A model generated the notes under the pieces. That model saw only the letters and a list, made by a program, of their open reading frames with translations. It did not search any database and was not told the DNA's origin. A DNA stretch of 62,548 bases, filler included. It is 13 parts of 13 records of this genome, joined end to end, with 100 filler letters (N's around TTAATTAATTAA, not from the genome) between each part and the next. Parts side by side here need not be neighbours in the genome. Positions count along the whole stretch, not along the records: positions 29,767 to 37,673 come from SRR7504441_14851; positions 37,774 to 41,789 come from SRR7504441_14865; positions 41,890 to 47,109 come from SRR7504441_14866; positions 47,210 to 55,000 come from SRR7504441_14879; 9 more parts are not named here. One strand, written 5' to 3'. Below are positions 35,408-47,601 of the stretch, in pieces. A program made the position numbers and the translations under genes. Numbering within the stretch: position 1 is the stretch's first letter; the number at the start of each line of letters is the position of its first letter.

Positions 35408-37673
35408 ATGGATCCGGCGCTGGCTCAGCTGCACCGCCGGCTGGACCGGCTGGAGGCCACTCGGCCGGCTGCCCCGCTGGGCTGGGCGCTCTCGGTCGGC
35501 ACCAGCTGCCTGGCGGCCCGCACGCTCGGCCAGCTCGGGCTCCGGCGGTTCGCCGGTCCGTTTGATTGGCTGTTCTCCACCCCGCAGGTGGTCGCCGCCT
35601 GCCTGCGCGACCGGTGCGAGCTGCTGCTCGATGCCGGCCAGTTCCAGCCGGTGGGTGACGATGCCCCGGGGAACAAAGCGCTCGGGCACGCCAGCTTCAG
35701 CCCGATGGTCGGCCGGGCCACGCTGTTCATGCATCACGACCCGCGGACAGTCGACGGGCGGCGGCACCTTGCTCGGGCGGCGGCCCGGCTGTCGGCGGCG
35801 ATCCGGGCCGGGCCGGGGCTGCTGCTGGTTGTGTCGGTTGAAGGGTCGAAGCGGAGGCGGGCGGCGTGGACGGCGAATCCGCGGGGGGTGCTGGAAGAGC
35901 TCTGCCTGGCGGTGGCCGATGCCGGTGGCCGGGGCTGCCAGCTGGTGTACGTGAAGGTGCGCACCGCCGGGGCACGGCAGGGGCCGGGCTGGAGCCCGGG
36001 CGGCCGGCTGGTCGAGTCGAGCGAGCTGCACGGCGTCAGGCTTACACAGTGTGAGCTGTGCTCTGGGCAGTGCGATGGGTTCCGGTTCGCAGAGTCGCGG
36101 GACGATGAGATGCTCCAGGCGCTAGTTACACAGGCGGTGGGCGGGCTGGGCCGGTTTGCGTTGATGCCGGATCCTCTCGGAGCCGACAGTGAGCCTGCTG
36201 GACTGTGAGTGCTGCCACGGGATGGGGTGAGGCGGCGACAGGTTGCCGGATCAGTTTGGAGACGACTACCTGACTGTGCGGGGCGAGCCAGATCCGGGGC
36301 AGCATCTTTGGGGATGCACCCATGATTGGGAGGCTGAGTGCCGGGCCAAGCTGCAGGCTGTGCCTGGACTGTGTGCGCTGGACGTCAACTTGAACAACAC
36401 AATCAACTTCTCGCAGGGCTCGTTCGACTTAGTGCTTAGAGACTTAAACGCTGTGTTCCCGCCACCGCTGGTTGCTCGGATTGTGGACGTCTGCGCTGTC
36501 TGCGGGGTACAGACCGCTTTCTCTGTGCGGCGGGAGTTGGTTAATTATAAGAAGGTCTCTGCATGTATGCTTGCTATTCTTTATTGTTTTATACAGGTCT
36601 GCCTGCACATCTACTCCGAGGCGGCGCAGCTAGAGAAAGATCTGCGGCAGCTGAGCTCGTTTTTCCGGGAGCGGGAGAGGGTAGTGCACGAGGAAGGTTA
36701 CCACACACACACAGCGGATTACAACCGACTGTGCGATGCCATGATGATGTGCAAGGGAGCGGTCGCAGTGATGTGCGACGCGAGAGTCCTGACCAAGACG
36801 GTCTGCTGCGTGTCCCGGCACCCAGCCAAGCCTCGCCCGGCAAAGTTGGTCAACGCCCCGGGCAGCATGGCAGTCTGCTCCAAGTTGACTCAGGCCCAGC
36901 TGTTCCTAGCAGAGGCAGCAAGCTGGACTCCAACGGCTTGTGCCGAGCAGCCTGGGCAGTTCAACCAGACCCGCCGGCTCGACCGGGTACTCGACATGCT
37001 CGCTGAGCAGGGGATGGCCTCGTGCCAGATGCGTTTTGTGAGGCAGGCGATGATTGCTCGCGGGGCGGCCAAGGCCTGCTGGATGTGGGAGGAAGCTGCC
37101 AGGCTGTCCAGCTCGCTGGCCAAACAGCTCGGCCAGTGGTCGCAAACTCTGGACATGCTTTGTGAGCGGCCGTCTCTGGAGGCTGCGCTGGCTGATCTGG
37201 ACCAGACGGGCGTGGTGCAGTCTGTGGACCCGTCCGCTTCCAATCTGCACAACTTGCGAGCGCCACAGCTGCAAGAGGCCATGGTCGCCAGGAAGCACCT
37301 CAACCTCCTCACCGGCGCGCTGCCTGCGATACGCGAGTTCTGTCGGTGGCTTAACGAGATTTGCACTGCGCCTTCCAAGCGGCTGTTCGTGGCTGGCGAT
37401 GTGGACAGGCAGCGGATGGGCACCATGTTCCTCCCGACCGGCTTTGAGCTTCCGTTGCTGTTCGCCGGGCACAAGCGCGTCGCCGACTCGTTCAAGCCTA
37501 GAATGCGCGCGCTGGTGGCTGATCCGGCTAACTGGCCCATGGCATCTAGCCAGCAGCACAGCGGCAACGCCACCCGAGAGCATCGGTGTCGGCACTGCAA
37601 CCAGCTGTTTAGCAATCTGTGGGTGCACAGAGGCGTCTGCTGCAAGTGTGAGATGGACGTGAGAAGCGCAGGC
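35408..37673 (+). CDS. DUF1796-like putative papain-type peptidase fused to an unknown domain with C-terminal Cys cluster (3' truncated)
   Basis: SVGTSCLAA...LGLRRFAGPFDW...FMHHD; intron 36205-36241 (GTGAGT...ACAG) joins it in frame to the 36243 ORF, which ends CRHC...CCKC. Confidence 0.7.
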
Positions 37674-37916
37674 NNNNNNNNNNNNNNNNNNNNNNNNNNN
37701 NNNNNNNNNNNNNNNNNTTAATTAATTAANNNNNNNNNNNNNNNNNNNNNNNNNNNNNNNNNNNNNNNNNNNNCTCTAGCCAATACAGAGGCATGGCCTG
37801 ACAAGTGGCCTCCACCTGAAGTCTTTACTTTACACACGTAAGCCTTGAACAACACGTCTCTCCCTCCGATAGTGAGTATCAGAGCACGTTGGCCCAGCCC
37901 GTAGGCTACAGGGAGG

Positions 37917-39254
37917 ATGCACGGCACCACTCGCGACTATCAGACCTCCCCGGTCTCGCTGCTCCGCCGGGCCGTCTGCCCCCTGCCCGGCGACTTCATC
38001 CCGGGCCTCCGACCGTCCGGGTTCCACCTGCTTCTCCGGGCCTGCGCGGTTCTCCTGCTCGCGGCCAGCACGGCGGTGCCCCCGCGCTCGGCTTGGGCTG
38101 ACCGGCGTTGGCAGCTTGCCCCGTGGGGGGAGACAGCCGGGATGCTCCCTGCCCACTGGAGCAGGACCGAGTTCCTGTCGGCCGCCCGCGGGCTGGCCGG
38201 TGGCCGGATAGAGCTGAGCGACGGGCGGCTGAGCTGGGGGGCGGCCGGCGGGTCGGTGGATTGGCCTGTGCCCGCCACGCTGCTCGGGCTGCTCGGGCAC
38301 ACGGCCCGCTCGCTCTACGGCCCGAACGAATTCCAGCCGGGCGAGGTGGTGGATCTGTTCGGTGCGACCGGGCGGGCGGGCCGGCTCACCGGGGGGCAGA
38401 CGGTGGGCAGTGGGTGCCCAATGCCACAGTGGACGAGGCGACCAAGCGCACCCATCTCTGGCTGTATTCAAAGGGGTGGCAGGTGGTACAGAATCGCAAG
38501 AACGCCACGCACGTCTTCCCCGAGAATTACTTGGTGGCCCTGCCTGACGGCACCCGCGACAACTACACTGGACTGGCGATCCGGCGGCCGTCATTTGTGG
38601 TGATGGCTCGGGGGATCAAAACGATAGCAGACGTCCGGCGTGTGGTGCGTGCGGCGAGTGAGCCGAGGGCCGTTACAACGGGTCAGGCCCGGAAGAAGGC
38701 GCTGGCGGTGTTCACCGAGTCGCTCATGTTCCCGCTGCAGGGATACTCGTACAGCCACAGATGGTGTCACAGTTACTCAATCTGTGGCCTGACGGGTGTC
38801 GGTCTATTGCAGTTACTGGATCTCTGGGGAGCGCCTGCGAGGGCTGCGGCTTGAGCTGGCCAACCTGGCCAAGGAGCCATCCCTGCTGATCGCCGGCTGG
38901 GCGCTCTGCCAGTCCGATCTGCGGATCGATCAGCTGCTCACTCAGCTCTACATAGGTGCCCGCAGGCTAGAACGATACAGGCTGTGACATTGGCTCCGGC
39001 AGAGGTTGCCGACGCCTTTGATTTAAGTGGCGCTGCCCAGATGAGCGAGAACCAGCCGCATGGTGTCCACCCGCCGGCCGAGGCTGAGCCGTTGGGTAGT
39101 GTGGCCTAAGATCCGCTGCACGAACGAGACGGTCGCTAGGGCGCTGGCGAGCTGGCCTGCGCGGGGGCTGGTGATGGCGCTGGGGCTGGTAGAGGGCCAC
39201 CGGGCAGTGATCGAGGCCGGGCTGCGGTACGTCTGCCAACTGGATTTAAATTAA
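37917..39254 (+). CDS. Hypothetical multi-exon protein
   Basis: Successive coding-like frames with short GT-AG introns; no family recognised; start uncertain. Confidence 0.45.
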
Positions 39255-39430
39255 ACCAACGCACAGGTACATCAGAGAGCTGTTTGGTCACTTGAAGCTG
39301 ATGCTGACACTGGTGGTGCTTGGGTCGGTTCTGGGTGGCGTGCTGCTCGCGCTGTTTAAGTTTCCCGTTGTCCTATTATAGCGAATCCCGGGGCGGCAGG
39401 CATGTGGACACGGCCTCAACGCCTGTGGGC

Positions 39431-40710
39431 ATGCTGGTCAAGCTCTCTATGACCACGGCCTGCCCTGTGGTGCTCGCCCGGGCCGTCGCCTTGCAGCTGC
39501 CTCTTGCGGTCCACCAGCCGGATTCTCTCCTGCTTGTGCTTCTGATCGAGACCCTGCAACTGCCCTGCCTGCTCGCCCAGCTTATCTGGCTCTGCTGGCT
39601 GGCGTTGGCCGCCAGGGAAACCAGCCCACCCGTCCTCCCCCCACCTCAAGAGCCGGCCGAGCTGCTCACCGAGCCAGCGATCTGTCGCATCTGCATGATG
39701 GGCGAAGACCCCGAGCTTGGTGGACTCGTCTCGCCTTGTGCGTGCCCTAACTGCAGCCAACTGACTTCAACGGACAGGCGCGTGTCGCGGCTCGATGCGA
39801 TTCGTCCACCTGCACTGCCTCGACCGGTTCGCTCTGCCCTAGAGTCAGGTGGCGCTCTAAATGATTCCAACGGACAGGTGGCGGCTGCAGTCGCGCAACC
39901 CGCAGTCGGCCCATCAGTGCGACTCGTGCCGGTTTCGGTATTTGTTCCAGCGGAGCCGGAAGAGCAAGATTCTCCGGTGAGTCCCTGCGACGTGTGCCGG
40001 CGCTCACTGTAACGGCAGGTCTGTGCTACTGCTGCAGCTGCTGGCCATCGGCACCATGGTCGGCGCTGTAGCCGTCATGACCGAGCTGGTCAAGGCACCT
40101 TACCCTTGCTGCTCAGCCGATCAACTGCTGCAGGTGGCTCTCGCTACAGTGGAGCAAGACGCGGCCGATTGGGTGCCATCCGACATGCTATGGCCGGCCG
40201 ACTGCGCCACGCACACCACGGTGCGTTGTGCTTCTGCCGCCCCCGCTGAGCCGCCGGCAGCTATGCGCCGGAGCCGGTCTCCTCGGATTGCTCGGACTCT
40301 GCTGTGGCGGGCCCAATTCTATTTTCGGGCTAGCTGCTCCGATCCACATGCAGCTGATGTTTGGGGGTGGGTTGGGGGGCGGGTTCACAGTGCGAGTGGC
40401 CTCGATCGTGGTGCTGATGGGTCTGGTCAACGGTTGGGCCGCGCTGTTCGGGGCGTACAGGGCCGGGACGGCTAGGCTGCTCCAGGGCAAGGAGGAGATC
40501 ATGATCGAGGTCTGCCCACTCACCCAGCAGGAAAGGCAGCTGTCGGACACTCTGGCTAGGCAGGCGGCCGAGGCCGAGGCCGAGCCACAGCCAGAGACGG
40601 AGCCGGAGCAACAGCCGGAGGTCGAGGATCGGCCGAGCCCAGAGACAGAGGCCGAGGTTGAGTGTGGAGGCGGCTCTGAAGAGGACGACGGCATCGAAAC
40701 TGTCGAGTAG
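39431..40710 (+). CDS. Membrane-associated RING-CH (MARCH-like) E3 ubiquitin ligase
   Basis: Splicing 39738-39777 and 39827-39877 gives CRIC...LVSPCACRGSMRFVHLHCLDRWR...CDSC; TM segments; acidic tail. Confidence 0.88.
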
Positions 40711-41088
40711 AGCGTGCCGGACTAATGGGGCAGCACAAGGAGGAGTGTATAAGCTTAGATACACTGTATCAAGTAAGTATAGGCAGGTCATAGTATAGAG
40801 CATAGAATAGACTGCATTGTGCATTGGACAAGCACAGCTAACATTATACAAGCTGTAGACGTACTCGAATCGTATACTTTGTCAGTGATACGTACTGTTA
40901 CAGGACTCTAACCGTACTCGTACGTATGAGTAGTATCGCAGGATCTTTCCGTTGTGAGTAGTAGGATAGGGAGGCACATCGAGGGGCCTCCTTGAGGGTT
41001 TACCTAAACATGATTGTCGCTGTAGGCTGTTGGCCAAACAAACAACCCCGAGTTGGTTGCCGCCCCCTTGCAGGCTCGGGCAAGGAGG

Positions 41089-41712
41089 CTAGCTGCTTTC
41101 AATGCCCAGATGCTGCTGCCACGTCACCAGCGCCTCGCAGAACGCCACATTCGGAGTGATCACCGACCGGATCGACCGGACGTGCGAGTACGCCCGCGCG
41201 GCCGGCCACTTGTTGTGTTTGATCAGGAAGGCCATCGCCACGGCCGCCGACCGGCTCATGCCCATGTTGCAGTGGATCAGTACCCCGTGCCCCGCGGCCA
41301 GCTCGGCCTCGATGAACGCGCACGCCCTCGCGAAGATCTCAGGCAGCTTGGCCGCCTCCTCATCGGCGTCGCCTAACGGCACTTGACAGTAGCTCAGGTC
41401 CTCGAAAGCTGGGCGCCGGTCCACGCAGCACACCACGGCCTGGATGTGCTGATCTTCCAGGGTCTGACGGATCGCACCCAACAGGGTGGTGTCCGTTGCT
41501 TCGAACGGGAACACCACCCCGGCGTGCCGCTCATTCCCTAGCCAGAGCCGCTCGCCAACTTGGTGGGCCGACGGGTACTGCCCAGTGACCACCTGCTCCT
41601 CGACCACCGCGATCAAGTCGCTCTCCAGCCCGGGCAGCCCGAAGAACCCGGCTGCGTCCGTTGCCCCGGCGCTGGTCTGCTCCCGCATCGCATTGGTCGG
41701 GGTGATGGCCAT
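41089..41712 (-). CDS. Dual-specificity protein phosphatase
   Basis: VLIHCNMGMSRS, AYSHVRSIRSVITPN. Confidence 0.93.
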   Translation of the reverse strand: MAITPTNAMREQTSAGATDAAGFFGLPGLESDLIAVVEEQVVTGQYPSAHQVGERLWLGNERHAGVVFPFEATDTTLLGAIRQTLEDQHIQAVVCCVDRRPAFEDLSYCQVPLGDADEEAAKLPEIFARACAFIEAELAAGHGVLIHCNMGMSRSAAVAMAFLIKHNKWPAARAYSHVRSIRSVITPNVAFCEALVTWQQHLGIESS

Positions 41713-41889
41713 GGTCGCCTCTACCCCTAGACGAGCCCCCTGAGGAGCCAGCGGCCCCTCGGAGTATCTCCGGGAGTCGTTACTGCATANNNNNNNNNNN
41801 NNNNNNNNNNNNNNNNNNNNNNNNNNNNNNNNNTTAATTAATTAANNNNNNNNNNNNNNNNNNNNNNNNNNNNNNNNNNNNNNNNNNNN

Positions 41890-44579
41890 TTACGACGACT
41901 CGCAGGACCAACTCATCGACGGGACCGACGTGACAGGCGTGCAGGCAGTTGGCGCTGGCCGGAAGAGAACCACGCGCAACCGGCGCCGGCATTCGAAAGA
42001 TGGCGATCTCGAAGAGGAGGAGGCCCAAGCGGAGACGACACCGCTCCAAGACCTGCATCTCACCCCTGAGGAGCAAGCTGAGAAGCAGGCCCGGAAAGAC
42101 AAGACCAGGAGGCTTCAAAGGGAGTTGTTAGAGCGACAGAGGCGAGGCGATGACACGTCTGATCTCAGGATGTCGTTGGCCAATAAGCCGCCAGCTGGCT
42201 CGCAGGGCCAGCCCGGTGCGCGGGACACAGTCGCCGGAGATGATGAGATTGGGATGGGCGCAGCGGGTGCGGCCCGGAAGCGGGGTCGGCGGCATCATAG
42301 CCCCGGGCACGGAGGCGGACACGCAGACGAGCTTATGGCCGACGAGTACGGTTTGGCAGACACCGCACCTGGTTACGACGATGAAGGGTATGCCTTGACC
42401 GAGCGGCGTACTGCAGAGGATCTGGACTACCAGCTGGCTGACGGCGATGACGTGACAGGAGTGCAGCCAGTCGGGTCTGGCCGCAAGAGGACCACACGGA
42501 CCCGGCGACACAGCGGCCAACCAGGCGGCGAGCTGGGATCAGACCAATATGAGATGGACCCGTCTGGTCGGGGCTACGATGACATGGCTATCGTTGAAGG
42601 GCAGGACGGCTCGGGTGTCCAGTCAGCTGGCGGCTCAAGGGCTCAGGGCGGGCGTGCGCATCCGGATCGGGACTGGTTTGAGGCAGATGAGGAGCTTCTG
42701 AGAGCTGCTGAACCAGGGTACGACGATTCTACGTATGTGGATCACCGGAGCTCTAGGAACTCGACGATTGTGGATGGCGGCGACGAGGAGGGCGTGCAAG
42801 GGGTGGGCAAGTCGCGCAGGCCTCGCAGCCACAGGCGCGGCGGGCCGATGGACACGGGCGACGACCTGTACGATCCCGAGAAGGGCGGCGGCGGGCGTGA
42901 CGACTTTTCTCACCGTATGATACCAATTGACGAGCGGGCCGAGGCGTCGCCTGAAGGCGCTTACCCGGATCTTGATAAGCGGCAGAGGAGAGTGGACCCA
43001 CTTAGGGAAAGCTTCCGGCCGGCCTCGGAGCTCGCGCAGGCGCAGAGCTTTGTGGCCGACGATCAGGTGATCTCTCCGACCAGCGGCAGGCGGCATCCCG
43101 GCCGAGAACTGGAGCAGCGGCGCGGGCCGCACCAGGCCACTAGCTCGCCCCGGCTGAAGCCTGGCTCTCGTGGGTATGATTCGGGCGAGTGGGGCCACAA
43201 CTATTCGGGCAAACGGAGCAGTTGGTCACCGCGGCATGACTACGGAGAGTATGGCGACGAGTACCAAGGCGAGGACGACCATGCAGTGGACATGACTCAG
43301 TACGGCAAGGACGGCTTTGTAAGCGGCTCGGCTGGCGGCTCGGACTCACGTGGCAGCAGGTCGCCTCAAGGGCCGCCAAGTGGGAACAGGACAAAGCCCG
43401 GGCCAAGCGCTTTGAGCACAGGCCGAGCCAGGCCCTCGCCCCGGTCCGAGCCACGCCCCGCGCCCGGCTGACTTGTGCTCTGCAGGACGAGAGCTTTGAC
43501 CCCGACACCAGACGGGAGCATTTCGAGACTCGGCGTGCCGCTGTGGCTGGGAGGGCTTCGAGCCCCGCAGCGGCCTCGGCCGGTAGAGCGGCTAACCCTG
43601 CCCGGCGGAGGCCTTCGAACCAAATGGCGCCGCCGACTCGATCGACAGCCCTGGCCGCTCGCCAGCAGAGGAGCGGGTCTGTAGAGTTTGGCGAATGGGG
43701 GGAGGACTACGGGGGCAAGCCAGAGCCAAAGCAGCCTGATCCGAGGTTTGCCGTGGAGGAGGACCAACGAGGGCTGGTGAGACACCTGCTTAGTGCGAAC
43801 GTCGTTTTCTGATCGGGAGGCTGACCAGGTGGCGAACCGGGCCAAGCGATATGAGGATGCGTACGAGAAGGCGAACGAGGACGCCTCGCGGGATGTGATG
43901 GAGGTGCGACCGTCCAACTAGTGCGCCGGCTGACCGCGCCATACAGGAGACACTCGATCGACTCACTCTGAGCAAAGTCTCTCCGACCAATAGAACCGAG
44001 CCGCAACCGGCCACTCAAGCCGACAAAAAAGAACTTAAAGTCCAGTCAAACACCGAACAGCTTAGCGGGTGCCTGACTGGCCCGATGCCTGGGCTCACAA
44101 TGTGCTGCAGACCGGCGAAGAGCAGCCCTCGCCAGCTGCGGGTGAGAAGGCGTCGGAACGCGGACATGCCCGACGAATTCAAGGAGAGCGCCAAGAAGCT
44201 GGGAGCCCCTGCTGAACAAGTCGCACAGTCAGCCGGACAGGCAACAGCAGGTCAAAGGTTGGAGAGCGCCAAGAAGCGGGAAGCCGCCACTGGCCAAGCC
44301 GCGCAGCCAACTGGAGAGAGCACAGTTGTCAACAACAAGACTTCGGTTGTCGAGAGCAATAGCACAGCCGAGGCACAAGCTATTGCGGCGCCAGCTGAGG
44401 AAGAAGTTGTACTCTCGCCCAAGGACACGTTGAAAAAGTTGCAAGAAGATATGAAGGTAAAAGAAGAATCGGAAAGAAAAAGAAAAGAAGAGGATGAGCG
44501 CAAAGCAGAGGCCGAGGCCGAGCGCCCACCGGCCAATGACACGGACTTTCGTCTCTCTATGAGCATTCCCGAGTGGTAG
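41890..44579 (+). CDS. Low-complexity D/G/R-rich repeat protein (5' truncated, multi-exon)
   Basis: Long open frame with internal repeats DVTGVQxVGxGRKRTTR; charged C-terminus ending at 44579. Exon links between 43470 and 44110 not fully resolved. Confidence 0.55.
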
Positions 44580-45001
44580 CGTGAGCTATTTTGCCACTCG
44601 AGGGTGTTTTTAGAGATGCGGCAGTCGGTAGTTCTTAGATCTAGCTTTAGTTTTACTTTAATTTCATTTACTAAACCAATAGAATAGCAATCGCTCGGCA
44701 AGCCAACACTGCTTTACGTCCAACACTGCAAGTAAAAGAGGCAAGTGCGTCTAGCCTGGAGCTATGGAGCACCCCCTTGTTCTTACCCTCTTGAAAATCT
44801 TTCTGTACGCCGGTTTAACGCCGGTTTGTGGATGTTGTGTTGTTTGAGCTTGTCCCTAGCATCGGAGTCCGGAGCATAGGCTCAGTTAATGTCCGAGAGT
44901 CCGGATTTAGTCCGGATTAGTAACCGGACTCTTAACGCCGGTTCGCTATTTCTAGCTTGTACTGCAGGCGGCGGCCGAGGCAGCGCCCGATCGATGCTTG
45001 A

Positions 45002-45961
45002 TTATACTTTATTACATGAATCATTGATGATATGAGAGTATTTGAAGCATTCGCCACAACTGCGAGCTCGCCTCCGTGATTGACCGCATGGAGTGTTGGT
45101 GAAATTAGTTACCATGTTGGCTCCACCAGCGCCACCTCCCATCTGATAGATCCTCATGGGCCCTCCAGCTTCAGCCAACCATGCTCGGAACATCACCCAA
45201 TGCGCAATGGCCCCTTGCTTGCTGTGAAGTGCAACGTAGTCTCCCGGGCACATGTCTTTGCACTGTACAGATTGAGAATTCGCAGCATGCCCTTTCCCTT
45301 GCACTTCATTCACCCCGACGGCCATAGACACAAAGCCAGAACAGCTACCTGTGTAACTGTACTGTGGGCATGCCTCCTCGTCGTCTGCTGCACAGGTCTC
45401 GATCATTGCATACGCATCCTTTGTGGCATGACAGCCGTGGTATGGGATGTGTGCGGCAATCCAGCCGATCGCTCGTTGCAAAATGTTCTCTCTGGTGCGA
45501 TTGCTGTTGACACGCGAACTGGCTGATGTGCAGCAGTTCGGGGCGGTTTTGGTCGCCTTGGTACTAGCAGCGTCAGCGTTGCAGTAGACGCCACCGGAAC
45601 AAGCACGCGTTTTGCTAATTTGCGGCATGTCGCAGCACCTCTGGCAATCCTCGCCACTGAGACGCCCATGCATACCGGAACAGACGCAGCACGTGCGAGT
45701 GAGTGCAGCAGGGCATGAGATGGTGCTGCTGGTCAGGGTAGAGTTGTGTGGCTTGTCGTTCTTCCCGTAGGACAGGGAGAAGTCAGGCAGCCCGTCGGTG
45801 GACGTTGTAACATACGGGGATGCGGGAAACGGGAATCGCCAAGGGTCTGTCGTGGATGTGTGGGCACTGGCGCGGCATGCAAACAGAAATACCGACACCA
45901 GCCAGGTAATGGAGCGCCGCACGGTTGTCATGAAAACCATCTTGGTAGATCTAGCCATCAT
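45002..45961 (-). CDS. Secreted Cys-rich NlpC/P60-like peptidase (paralog 1)
   Basis: Hydrophobic leader; TRENILQRAIGW...IPY, CSGFVSMA, MCPGD, HWVMFRAW. Confidence 0.75.
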   Translation of the reverse strand: MMARSTKMVFMTTVRRSITWLVSVFLFACRASAHTSTTDPWRFPFPASPYVTTSTDGLPDFSLSYGKNDKPHNSTLTSSTISCPAALTRTCCVCSGMHGRLSGEDCQRCCDMPQISKTRACSGGVYCNADAASTKATKTAPNCCTSASSRVNSNRTRENILQRAIGWIAAHIPYHGCHATKDAYAMIETCAADDEEACPQYSYTGSCSGFVSMAVGVNEVQGKGHAANSQSVQCKDMCPGDYVALHSKQGAIAHWVMFRAWLAEAGGPMRIYQMGGGAGGANMVTNFTNTPCGQSRRRARSCGECFKYSHIINDSCNKV

Positions 45962-46122
45962 GCTCAGTACTAGTACCGGTAAAGGATGTACTGTACGTGT
46001 AGGAATCCTACCGGTATTTTTTACGTACCTACGGTACTACTAAAGTACTGGTACTTGTCTATCAGTACTGTAAGTACTTGCTAAATACCGGTACTTACCG
46101 TCAGGTAGGGATGGATTCGTGC

Positions 46123-47109
46123 ATGAGGGCAGTGTGTGCGTTGCTCCTCTTATGCGCGTGTTCCGCTTCCACGGGCGACGATCATAAGCAATACATTCGC
46201 TACCCATACGCAGGAAACGTAACAGGCATCTCTCAACACGACGGGCTGCCCGCGTATTTCGGAGAGGGGCGAGCCGAGGGCTGCCCGGCATCGCTGAAGG
46301 AGCGGTGCGCACCGTGCGGACGCGGTATGGGAGCCAGCAGAGCGATTATGGGCTACCCGGGCTGCGACGGCCACTGTCCCGCAGGTGCCCTGCTGATTAG
46401 ATAGTCAAGCCCTGCTGATGAGCCGCAGGGCAATCCACACGTTGCTGCCAAGAGGAATACTACTGCCAACCGTACCCGAACAGCTGGTTCCCCCACGCCA
46501 AGCTCCACCGCCCTGCTCACATCGAGCCCATCACGCGTCAACAGATTCTTGAGCGAGCATTAGGGTGGCTTGTGGCTGCGTTTCCTTACGACGATAAGAT
46601 CCCAGCGAACCAATCAAAGCACTGGCCCCACAACGCTCGTGTAGAGACATGCGCCTCCGACGAATCCGACAGTGATTGCCCCAAGTAATTGCAATTGTTG
46701 GGGCATCATGTCTTTAACATTGAGCCTGTTCAGGTACCGGTTCACGTCAGACTGTTGCTCTCTCTGTGAGATGGCTTGGCGCAGCACTGCTGGTTGTTGT
46801 CGCAACAGGTTGGCACAACCTCGTGATTAAATGATCTGATTCATTGGGGGTTGGGTTGGGGAAGGGTTGTTATGCTCTCACCGCTGGGGTAACTGAGGTT
46901 GGTTTCACAGCGGAGCCGCCACAAAGGTGGATTGCATGGATGCGCTGCCTGGAGATGCCATCAGCAATATGAGCGATCATCACATTATGCTCTTCAGAAG
47001 ATGGACAGACAAGAAGAGAAGGCAATGGATCTATTGGCAGCAAGGCGGCGGCCTTGGGAAAGTGAACCAGGTCCATGGTACGTATGACCCCAAGAAGTAC
47101 CACTGCTAT
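46123..47109 (+). CDS. Secreted Cys-rich NlpC/P60-like peptidase (paralog 2, 3' truncated)
   Basis: Introns 46385-46428, 46685-46733 and 46809-46910 spliced give MRAVCALLLLC...ITRQQILERALGW...FPY...YRFTSDCCSLCEMAW...DALPGD...HIMLFRRW. Confidence 0.75.
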
Positions 47110-47601
47110 NNNNNNNNNNNNNNNNNNNNNNNNNNNNNNNNNNNNNNNNNNNNTTAATTAATTAANNNNNNNNNNNNNNNNNNNNNNNNNNNNNNNNNNN
47201 NNNNNNNNNGACAGGATTGCTGCTCTATACTGGCCCCAAGCCAAACAAGTCTAACTATATTACCTGCGAGCCTCAAGTTAATACTTGTAAATCTACTGCT
47301 GCGAAAGGAGCCGGCGAAGCTTTATTTTGAAAAGCGTTGGCATGAAATAGATACATGTAGAATAAAAATGTCGAGCTCACAGCCTATCGAGCGACCGACC
47401 ACGCACTCGACGCCGCGGTCCGGGGCAAAAGTGCACAAATGGAGCAAATCATTAGGGGTAGAGCAGCATGTGCTGGGTGCGACCCATGCCGGCATGGTCT
47501 AGAGTCGGGTGTGCTGGTCAGTGGTCATGATTGAGGTCGCCTGTCAAGTACTGTATTATTATCACATGACACCACCGCTACGTTACCGCCGCTTTGGCTG
47601 C

